From: Candidatus Pacearchaeota archaeon
GTDB taxonomy: Archaea; Nanobdellota; Nanobdellia; Pacearchaeales; GW2011-AR1
Length of the DNA stretch: 64,000 nucleotides
Assembly: GCA_040879805.1 (NCBI GenBank)
Contig: JBBDJP010000001.1
Location: 614 to 64,613 of the forward strand
Direction: 5' to 3'
Shown: one piece after another, positions 1 through 7,572 of the stretch
Layout of the letters: each line of letters begins with the position of its first letter
How positions within the stretch are numbered: the stretch's first letter is position 1
Translations under genes and position numbers: made by a program
The notes under the pieces: model-generated
Databases searched by the model: none
Told to the model about the DNA's origin: nothing
Seen by the model: only the letters and a program-made list of their open reading frames with translations

Positions 1-2
1 AT

Positions 3-662
3 GTAGCTACATACCCTTTTTCTCCACATACATTAACCCAAACAAATGAATTTCCTCAATTAGAAATCTTAAAAAAACTAAAAGAAAATAATCAAGATTA
101 TTTAATCACTCTTGGAGCAATAGGAATACACAAAGGACAAAAAACTAGTGCAGAATTAGCTTTGGAATCAAAAATTCCTTTAATTATTGCAGGAGAACCT
201 CAGGACAGAACAAGCAACGAAAAAGGAAAATATTTTAACGAAAATATAGTTCCCCTAGTAGATAATGAAAAAATTTTCTATTTTGGGAATGCAAACGAAG
301 AGCAAAAGAAAGAACTTTTAAAATATGCTAAGGGTTTTTTATTTCCTTCAGGATATGAAGATAGAACTTGGGAGGAACCTTTCGGAAGAGCACCTGTGGA
401 GTCTTTAAGTACGGGAACACCAGTAATAGCCTATAAGAAAGGATCAATGAATGAAATTATTTTTGATTCTTTTAATGGATATCTATTTGATTCTTCTGAG
501 GAAGCTATTAAGAGAATAAAATCTCTAGATAACATTGATAGAATTGATTGTAGAAAAACTGTTGAGAAAAAATTCGATAGTAGAAGAGTTATAGATGAAT
601 ATGAAGAATTATTTTATGATATGGTCAAAAGAAATAATAAAAATAATTTCTTTTTCACTTAA
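3..662 (+). CDS. Glycosyltransferase family 1 (GT4-like, GT-B fold), C-terminal part; the 5' end lies outside the window
   Basis: The frame of the listed 162..662 ORF stays open back to base 3. 'EPFGRAPVESLSTGTPVIAYKKGSMNEII...NGYLF' is the typical E-x7-E sugar-nucleotide binding region of GT1/GT4 enzymes. Confidence 0.75.
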   Translation, partial: VATYPFSPHTLTQTNEFPQLEILKKLKENNQDYLITLGAIGIHKGQKTSAELALESKIPLIIAGEPQDRTSNEKGKYFNENIVPLVDNEKIFYFGNANEEQKKELLKYAKGFLFPSGYEDRTWEEPFGRAPVESLSTGTPVIAYKKGSMNEIIFDSFNGYLFDSSEEAIKRIKSLDNIDRIDCRKTVEKKFDSRRVIDEYEELFYDMVKRNNKNNFFFT

Positions 663-1188
663 CCTTCTTCACAAAATCAAAAAAACTTTTCTTCTCAAAA
701 AGTAAAACCTTCTTATCCTTTGGATCAATATTAACTTTAAGTAACCCAAACATTGAAACAAAGATCGTACAAACTAAAAGAGGTCGACCTTTGACATCCT
801 GCAAAGAAACCATAATTTTTTGTAAATCTCCCTTCACTTTATGTTTCTCTATTTCATCCTTAATAAGATCTTCAATATCTTCTAAATCAAAATTAATATC
901 TTCTCTAATTTCTTTTGGTTCCAAAAATTCTTGTTGAATATTTGTTCCAAATTTTCCTTGAGCAGGAATCTTTTTTACCTCGCCATCCAAACTTCCTATC
1001 TCAAAACTAACAACTTCCTTTTTCTTAGGTATGTAAAAATCAATATGTCTTTGATTATCTTTTCCTTGAAAATCTATTGTGAAAAATCCCGAACACAAAA
1101 AAGATTTAGAATTCTCTTTAATAAATTTCTTAAATTCTTCAGAATCTTTAAGCCTTTCAAGATAAAATTGTAAGTTCATTTTAATCAA
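655..1188 (-). CDS. Hypothetical protein (177 aa), downstream partner of the NYN-domain gene
   Basis: Long ORF whose start overlaps the stop of the upstream NYN gene by 8 nt (1181..1188). No family motif recognised. Confidence 0.5.
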   Translation of the reverse strand: MIKMNLQFYLERLKDSEEFKKFIKENSKSFLCSGFFTIDFQGKDNQRHIDFYIPKKKEVVSFEIGSLDGEVKKIPAQGKFGTNIQQEFLEPKEIREDINFDLEDIEDLIKDEIEKHKVKGDLQKIMVSLQDVKGRPLLVCTIFVSMFGLLKVNIDPKDKKVLLFEKKSFFDFVKKVK

Positions 1189-1726
1189 AAAAAGATTTAA
1201 CTGTATTTTTATTTAATTTTGTGAATTTGTCGCATTCCTGTTTCAGATGATATGAAAACTTTGTTTCAAAGCCAATATTTTCAACATTTTTCCCAATTTC
1301 CTTAACTGCCTGGATCGCGGGAACAAAATCACCATCAGAGGAAACCAATAAGGCAGTATCATAAGCATTATTATATGCAAGCTTAACCATATCAACAGCT
1401 AAATGAATATCATCTTCCTTAACTTGATAAATTGTTTTTCCGTCAATTTTAACTTTTTGCATTCTGCAAAGAACAAGGTTAAGTTTTGGTATCCTTTTTA
1501 ATCTATCAAAAAATTTTTGTTGTTTTGCATAAGTCTCTTGATTCTTCTTTCTATCTAAAGGGGCAGTATAATAATAAACTCTAACCAACTTCCTATCTTC
1601 AATAAGATGATTAACAAACTTTTCAAAATTAAAACTAATCAGATTTCTTTTTCCAGAAAACATATCTTTAACAATATGATAATGATTGCTTCCATCAATA
1701 AAAATTGCAATCCTTTCTTGACTCAT
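1181..1726 (-). CDS. NYN-domain (LabA/DUF88-like) predicted ribonuclease
   Basis: N-terminal 'IAIFIDGSNHYH' and distal 'ALLVSSDGDFVPAIQ' match the acidic-residue pattern of PIN-like NYN/LabA domains. Confidence 0.75.
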   Translation of the reverse strand: MSQERIAIFIDGSNHYHIVKDMFSGKRNLISFNFEKFVNHLIEDRKLVRVYYYTAPLDRKKNQETYAKQQKFFDRLKRIPKLNLVLCRMQKVKIDGKTIYQVKEDDIHLAVDMVKLAYNNAYDTALLVSSDGDFVPAIQAVKEIGKNVENIGFETKFSYHLKQECDKFTKLNKNTVKSFFD

Positions 1727-1777
1727 AAATTAAATCTGATTAAACCCTTAATAAAATTAACTAAAAATGAGAATAAA

Positions 1778-1802
1778 CCCAGGGTTGCAGTGCAAACCTG
1801 GG
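1778..1802 (-). terminator. GC-rich near-perfect palindrome/hairpin followed by a T-rich tract on the minus strand; candidate thrS terminator
   Basis: CCCAGG-g-TTGCA-g-TGCAA-a-CCTGGG lies about 45 nt downstream of the thrS stop. On the minus strand it is followed by TTTATTCTCATTTTT. Confidence 0.35.
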
Positions 1803-1844
1803 GGGTATATATCTACGATAGACATCTCAACTTTTTAAGGCTTT

Positions 1845-3545
1845 CTATATCCTACCCTTAATTTCTTTCTTTAAAGATTTAACAAAATCACTAACTTTCA
1901 TCTTTTCTATTTTTTTATCTCCTCGAGTCCTAACTGCAATCTCTCCCGATTTCTCTTCTTTATCTCCAACAACAATTATATAAGGTACTTTAGAAAGTTC
2001 AGCATCTTTAACCTTAGAAGGAATTGTAGTGCTCCTAAAATCAGCATCAACTCTTAAATTCGGAATTTCTTCTCCAAGTTTCTTTATAACTTCTTTCCCA
2101 TATTTCTCATTCCTGTCTGTGAAACTCAAAACTCGAACCTGTATTGGAGCAATCCATGTTGGAAGACGGCCTTTAGTATGTTCAAGCAAAACACCAATAA
2201 ATCTCTCAAGACTTCCAAAAATTGCCCTATGAATCATCACAGGTATTTTCCTTTTGTTATCTTTGTCTGTGTACTCTAATTCAAATCTCTGAGGCATAGA
2301 AAAATCAAGCTGAATTGTTCCTAACTGCCAGCTTCTTCCTAAAGCATCCTTTATATGAAAATCAATCTTCGGACCATAAAAAGCACCATCACCTTTGTTA
2401 ATTTTATATTTTATTTTATCATTTTTAAGAACTGATTCCAATGCTTTCTCAGCCTTGTCCCACCTCTTATCTCCACCAATCCTTTTTTCAGGACGTGTTG
2501 ATAGTTCAACTTTATATGAAAATCCAAACTTTTTGTAAATTGAATCTGTAAGTTCAATAATATTTCTTATCTCGTCTTCCATCTGCTTCTCTGAACAAAA
2601 AATATGGGCGTCATCTTGAGTGAATTCAACAACTCTAAACAATCCCGCTAAAACTCCTGAAAGTTCTTGCCTATGCACAATTCCAAACTCTGCAACTCTT
2701 AAAGGAAGATCTTTGTATGACTTTGGCTCATTTTTAAAAACTATTAATCCTCCAGGACAATTCATTGGTTTTGATGCAAACTCCCTATCTTCATACTTTG
2801 AAAGAAAAATATTCTCTCTGTATTTTTCCCAATGCCCCGATATCTGCCAAAGTTTTTTATCTAAAATCTCAGGCGTTCTTATTTCTTTATACTCTCTCTT
2901 TCTCAATTCTTCTTTCATAAAATTTACAAGCTCATTATAAACTATTAACCCATTATTATGCCAAAAAGCCATTCCTGGAGCAACATCATTAAAACTAAAC
3001 AAATCCATTTCTTGTCCTAAAATTCTATGATCATAATCTTTTAACTTTGATCTATCAAGAATTGTTTTCCCTATACTTCTAAGCAAATTTACAGTGTCAA
3101 TATTTTCACTATCAGTCTCATCAACCTTTACAACAATCTCTCTGCTTAACTCCGAAAGGGGATGTCCTTTAACTTTTAATTCAAATTCTTTATAATAGCC
3201 AAAAGGCGCTTTTGAAACTTTGAAATCTTTCTTTAGTTTTTTTTCTGCTTCATCTAGAACAGAAACAGCAACATCTGGCTTTGAGAGGTTACTTGACAAA
3301 TGAGCATAAGGATATAAAACAATTTCTTTGGCTTTCACTTGCTTGGCAATATCCTTAACATTATTTATTAACTCTTTAACAGATTCATCCACAGAATCTC
3401 CTTTTTCAACTGCAGTTAAAACAACTAGGCTTTCACCGACTTTCTTCCCTTCCTTTTCTTTTTCAGATAAATCTTCGATGCTCTTCAAAGCCTTCTTCAG
3501 GGGTTTAAAATTAATGTAATCAACGTGTAATGTTAAGAGTTTCAT
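1845..3545 (-). CDS. thrS: Threonyl-tRNA synthetase, archaeal type with N-terminal archaeal editing domain
   Basis: N-terminus 'MKLLTLHVDYINFKP...YPYAHLSSNLSKP...KAPFGYYKEFELKVKGHPLSELSR' is the archaea-specific ThrRS editing domain. It is followed by a class II core ('FRVVEFTQDDAHIF', 'GPKIDFHIKDALGRSWQLGTIQLDF') and an anticodon-binding domain. Confidence 0.95.
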   Translation of the reverse strand: MKLLTLHVDYINFKPLKKALKSIEDLSEKEKEGKKVGESLVVLTAVEKGDSVDESVKELINNVKDIAKQVKAKEIVLYPYAHLSSNLSKPDVAVSVLDEAEKKLKKDFKVSKAPFGYYKEFELKVKGHPLSELSREIVVKVDETDSENIDTVNLLRSIGKTILDRSKLKDYDHRILGQEMDLFSFNDVAPGMAFWHNNGLIVYNELVNFMKEELRKREYKEIRTPEILDKKLWQISGHWEKYRENIFLSKYEDREFASKPMNCPGGLIVFKNEPKSYKDLPLRVAEFGIVHRQELSGVLAGLFRVVEFTQDDAHIFCSEKQMEDEIRNIIELTDSIYKKFGFSYKVELSTRPEKRIGGDKRWDKAEKALESVLKNDKIKYKINKGDGAFYGPKIDFHIKDALGRSWQLGTIQLDFSMPQRFELEYTDKDNKRKIPVMIHRAIFGSLERFIGVLLEHTKGRLPTWIAPIQVRVLSFTDRNEKYGKEVIKKLGEEIPNLRVDADFRSTTIPSKVKDAELSKVPYIIVVGDKEEKSGEIAVRTRGDKKIEKMKVSDFVKSLKKEIKGRI

Positions 3546-3574
3546 ACTTGTAAATAGATTCTTATTTTATAAAT

Positions 3575-4534
3575 TTACTTCTTAGGGAAATGTGTTAATT
3601 TGTAATATTCAATAGCCCTCATACTTTTAATTTCCCTTATTGAAGAAAATTCATTCCTCAATGAGTTAATTATCTTATGATATTCTCCAGTATTCCTTAA
3701 CTCCAAATCAAACTCTATATCATAACCTCCAACATGATACAAAACCGCAGTCATTTCTTTCATTGAATAAATTTTGTTCAAAATCTTCTCCTTCTCTGAA
3801 TAATCTGAAAGATTCACCTTTACTCCATAATAGTCTCTTCCCAGTGCAAGAACATTTATATCTGCTTTATAACCAAGGATAATTCTTTTTTCTTCTAATT
3901 TTTTTATTCTTTGGTGGATAGCCATACTGCTAAAGTTTAACTCTCCTGCAATATCTACAAGCCTCATTCTTGAGTTTTGAGAAATTAATTTTAATATTTT
4001 CAGATCTATTTCATCAACATTAACTTTTTCAAAATTTAGATTTAATTTTTCTCTTGGAACTGGTTTTTTATCTATTAAATAACTCCGATTCCTTTCATCA
4101 TATTTGACTAACTGGGAAATTAGTTTAGTTCCAAGGTATTTTCTAAAAAAACTCATAAATCTTTCATAAAAGTGATAGAATTCACTAACGGATTTTGCAA
4201 AATATCCAAAAGCAAAATCCCATTCTCCCTCATTCTTTCCAATGAGCCAGACTCCTTCTTCCTTCATAAGAAAGGATATTAATTTTTTCAAAGTATTTTC
4301 ATTGATATCTACTAAATTTAACAAAATTCGATTCATAGTAAATCCTAATCTAGAGAAATCAATCACAGTCCTATATCCTGATAAAACTTTCTTTTCCTCA
4401 AGCTTCTTTATTCTGTAACCAACCGCATCTTTACTCAGCCCAACTTTTTTTGCAATTTGAGAGTTTGACTGCCTTGCATTTCTATCTAATTCAAAAAGTA
4501 TCTTTCTATCCTTTAAATCAAATTTCTCCCCCAT
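3575..4534 (-). CDS. Fused tandem Lrp/AsnC-family transcriptional regulator (two HTH plus ligand-domain modules in one chain)
   Basis: Two copies of the Lrp pattern are present. The first is 'LKDRKILFELDRNARQSNSQIAKKVGLSKDAVGYRIKKLEEKKVLSGY'. The second is 'LKILKLISQNSRMRLVDIAGELNFSSMAIHQRIKKLEEKRIILGY'. Each is followed by an alpha/beta module. Confidence 0.8.
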   Translation of the reverse strand: MGEKFDLKDRKILFELDRNARQSNSQIAKKVGLSKDAVGYRIKKLEEKKVLSGYRTVIDFSRLGFTMNRILLNLVDINENTLKKLISFLMKEEGVWLIGKNEGEWDFAFGYFAKSVSEFYHFYERFMSFFRKYLGTKLISQLVKYDERNRSYLIDKKPVPREKLNLNFEKVNVDEIDLKILKLISQNSRMRLVDIAGELNFSSMAIHQRIKKLEEKRIILGYKADINVLALGRDYYGVKVNLSDYSEKEKILNKIYSMKEMTAVLYHVGGYDIEFDLELRNTGEYHKIINSLRNEFSSIREIKSMRAIEYYKLTHFPKK

Positions 4535-4651
4535 AATTAGACATATTAAAGAATATTATATAAATCTTTTTATTTTGTGGTAATTTTAAACCATAAGTTT
4601 CTTATATATCTATTTCTATATATTACTACTTAAACATTAAGACAAGAGAAA

Positions 4652-5002
4652 ATGAAAATTCACAAAAATGATGTAAAATTAATTGGAGATGTCCAGAAAG
4701 GAGACCTATTAACAATAAGTCCAGATGAAGCAACAGAAAAGAGAAGAAACCCAGTGGGCCTTGTATCTAGAGTAAACAAAGATTCGAAGGATATCTTCAT
4801 ATATACAAAACATGAAATTCCAGAAAAGGAAAAAGGAAGATCTTTAGGAGGACTCTTAGAAATTCATTACAAACTGAAAGAAAAAGGTTTGGAAGAAATT
4901 GATTTACAAAGCTTCTTCATTTTCGACCATAGGTATAATAAAATTAGAGGCACGCTTGAAAAAAATAATTTACTTTATCAGACATCTGGGGGTGGAAAAT
5001 GA
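4652..5002 (+). CDS. Hypothetical small protein (116 aa) ending ...QTSGGGK; first gene of a three-gene cassette
   Basis: ORF with ATGA stop/start overlap to the next gene. No family recognised. Confidence 0.5.
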   Translation: MKIHKNDVKLIGDVQKGDLLTISPDEATEKRRNPVGLVSRVNKDSKDIFIYTKHEIPEKEKGRSLGGLLEIHYKLKEKGLEEIDLQSFFIFDHRYNKIRGTLEKNNLLYQTSGGGK

Positions 5003-5619
5003 TAGAAAATAAATTTGACCAACATATCAAAGACAGAAAAACTGAGACTATAAATATAGATCTATCTGAAATTGGAAAAGGTATTAAGGAATTTCTAAAA
5101 CAAACACTCAAAAGCAAGGAAATTGCTAAATTAGCTCCAACTGATAATGGGTGGGGAAGCTACAGAGGTCCCTTGTTTTATGCTTCTAAAAAAGAAATAT
5201 TAAATGAGATTCTTAAAGACAAATCTAACTTCCATAATTTCGGGAAGAAGGGAATTTTATATTCTGGTTACCTATTTGAACCTTTTTCAGGAATACTTCC
5301 AGGAGGGCATAACTGTTCTTATAATAGGGGTGCATTAAAATTTAGATTAGATAAATTTAAAGTTAACAGAGAAGAACATATTTCCGTAAGTGAAGTTGGA
5401 ATCAATTCAGCAAAAATATTCTCTAAAGAAATGAATTCAGATTTAGAAAAAGTTTCAAAAATACTCCAACCCCTGTACATGGTTGATGCGGGAGACACTT
5501 ACAATCCCAAATTGAATAAATTAGAGAGAAATATTGGAAACAAAATAAAAAAAATTGATAAAACTTCTTTAGAAAACTGCCTCGTGAATTATTTTATCAA
5601 TCCTCTTCTAAAAACCTAA
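4999..5619 (+). CDS. Hypothetical protein, paralogue A of the cassette
   Basis: Shares 'M-x-ENKFDQ-x-I', 'PLFY', 'xAGxxYNxxLxKxE' and C-terminal 'INPLxK' with the next ORF. Confidence 0.55.
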   Translation: MIENKFDQHIKDRKTETINIDLSEIGKGIKEFLKQTLKSKEIAKLAPTDNGWGSYRGPLFYASKKEILNEILKDKSNFHNFGKKGILYSGYLFEPFSGILPGGHNCSYNRGALKFRLDKFKVNREEHISVSEVGINSAKIFSKEMNSDLEKVSKILQPLYMVDAGDTYNPKLNKLERNIGNKIKKIDKTSLENCLVNYFINPLLKT

Positions 5620-5625
5620 AAGAAA

Positions 5626-6333
5626 ATGACAGAAAACAAGTTCGATCAATATATAGAAGAAAACGAAGAAAAACTCTTCACATTATCAAATAACGGAAAA
5701 GAAATTAAAGAAATTTTAACAAATGTATCTCAATCAAGATCAATTCCAAAAGTTCTAGACTTTCCTCTGTTTTATGTTATTTCCAAAAAAGACATCACTA
5801 AAGACGAATTGGAAAATCAAGATAAAATACGGCAATCAAATGCTCTTACAATTCCTTCAAATTACGATTCTGGTGGAAATAGGCATAACTTTGAGAATCT
5901 TCTCTACATAGATTACGATGAAAACTATTCAAGAAAGTTAACAGGAAGAGATTTCCACAAACCATTGTTTTTCTTTCATGAAAAAAGTAAAATCAAACTG
6001 AGGATAAAAGTAAATGAATTCAGAGTAGAAAAAGATCCTGAAACAAATATATCAAAAGTAAGTTATAATCTCTCTGAACATACAAACTGGGGATTGCCCT
6101 ATACCCAGTATTCTAAACTAAATAAAACTGACCTATCAAAAGTTGACTTAAATAAAATTTCAGAGATTATAGATTCAGGATATATTATTGGGGCAGGAGT
6201 AAAATACAATCTTAATCTGGAAAAGATTGAATATCAAATTCCTAAGTTTTTTAAAGATTTACAGGACTCAAAAGGTTTAGAAAAAATAATAAAAGAAAGA
6301 TGGATAAATCCTTTAATGAAGTTTGTAAAGTAA
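5626..6333 (+). CDS. Hypothetical protein, paralogue B of the cassette
   Basis: Collinear similarity to 4999..5619, with the same N- and C-terminal motifs. Confidence 0.55.
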   Translation: MTENKFDQYIEENEEKLFTLSNNGKEIKEILTNVSQSRSIPKVLDFPLFYVISKKDITKDELENQDKIRQSNALTIPSNYDSGGNRHNFENLLYIDYDENYSRKLTGRDFHKPLFFFHEKSKIKLRIKVNEFRVEKDPETNISKVSYNLSEHTNWGLPYTQYSKLNKTDLSKVDLNKISEIIDSGYIIGAGVKYNLNLEKIEYQIPKFFKDLQDSKGLEKIIKERWINPLMKFVK

Positions 6334-6345
6334 TCCATCTAAAAA

Positions 6346-7482
6346 TCAATCCCTATAAACAAACTTCCCAACAATCTTTTTAGCCTTTTCCCTATTTTTC
6401 TGGTGCTCTTTAAGAAAGGCATTTATTTTTTCAATCAGATATTCTTTAAGTTCAGAAGTTAACATTTTACCACTCCGATAATCTTCCTCAATTTCCTTTA
6501 ACTTATCATCATTAGGCTCAAAAAACATCCTCAAATACTGGAAAGAAACATCAACATCAGGATTCCCGCCTTTCTTTCTATGTTCTTCAACAGTCTCTCG
6601 TCCTCCTGAAAAAGCATATTTCTTTATCTTTCTCTCAACTTCTTTTGGAGAATCTGTCATTGCAATAAAAGAATTCTCATCACTTGAAGACATCTTACCA
6701 CCACCTTTTAAACTTGGAAGGAAAAAATGATATGTTGAGGAAATTGGAATAAACTTATGGTCTTTATTTCTCTTAGCCATTCCTCTTGCTATTCTTATAT
6801 GAGGGTCCTGATCAACTCCTACCGGAATAAAAGTTGGGATTGGCTTTCCTTCAAATTCAGGAAGCTGAGGATGATACATGTCTGCAGCCTGCAAAAGAGA
6901 AGCATTCATTTTCCCTGGACTTATTTCTCCATAAACACCCTTAAATTCATTAAAAGTTGCATACCTTGAAAAATTTGAAGCAAGCCGATAATAAGAATTT
7001 GATTTCTTTGGTTCATGGGAACGATCACTCTGAAAATAAAATTCAACATTTTTTGGTTTTAATCCTAATGCAATATAATTTACTAAATACTGATCTATAG
7101 CAGTCTTTCTTAATTCTTCAATAGATTTCTGACGTGCATTATAGGCCTCCAAATCTGCAACTGCGATATACAACTTTGCACCTAATTTTTGATAAAAGAT
7201 CATCTGTTGAGCGAGAATCATATGTCCAAGATGAAATTTTCCCGTAGGCATCAAACCAGTCATCATAACAAACTCCTTTTTACTTTCAACGCATTCAAGA
7301 ATTCTTTTAAAATCACGATGTGCAAAAACAATTCCACGTCTAAAAAGAACATTTTCGTTAAAAACTCTAGGCAACTTTGAAATTTTATTTATTCCAAAAT
7401 CTTTCATCAATCTTTTATAATTAATATCTCCTGAAACTTCCCAAGGATCCACTTTTACTCTAGAAATCTTCTCCTTTTTCAT
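6346..7482 (-). CDS. trpS: Tryptophanyl-tRNA synthetase (archaeal/eukaryotic type)
   Basis: Class I motifs 'PTGKFHLGHM' (HIGH-like) and 'KMSSSD' (KMSKS-like). The N-terminal 'VDPWEVSGDINYKRLMKDFGI' and the about 380 aa length are typical of archaeal TrpRS. Confidence 0.85.
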   Translation of the reverse strand: MKKEKISRVKVDPWEVSGDINYKRLMKDFGINKISKLPRVFNENVLFRRGIVFAHRDFKRILECVESKKEFVMMTGLMPTGKFHLGHMILAQQMIFYQKLGAKLYIAVADLEAYNARQKSIEELRKTAIDQYLVNYIALGLKPKNVEFYFQSDRSHEPKKSNSYYRLASNFSRYATFNEFKGVYGEISPGKMNASLLQAADMYHPQLPEFEGKPIPTFIPVGVDQDPHIRIARGMAKRNKDHKFIPISSTYHFFLPSLKGGGKMSSSDENSFIAMTDSPKEVERKIKKYAFSGGRETVEEHRKKGGNPDVDVSFQYLRMFFEPNDDKLKEIEEDYRSGKMLTSELKEYLIEKINAFLKEHQKNREKAKKIVGKFVYRD

Positions 7483-7540
7483 AACTTCCTAAGACTAACC
7501 ATATTTTTAAACTTTACACAACTCATTCAAAAAGGCATAA

Positions 7541-7554
7541 ATATTTATAAATAT
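7541..7554 (+). promoter_or_regulatory. TATA-box-like element upstream of 7573 ORF
   Basis: 'ATATTTATAAATAT' is centred about 26 nt upstream of the ATG. The same motif recurs at the same spacing before many genes in the window. Confidence 0.4.
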
Positions 7555-7572
7555 CTCAACACTCCATTCCCT

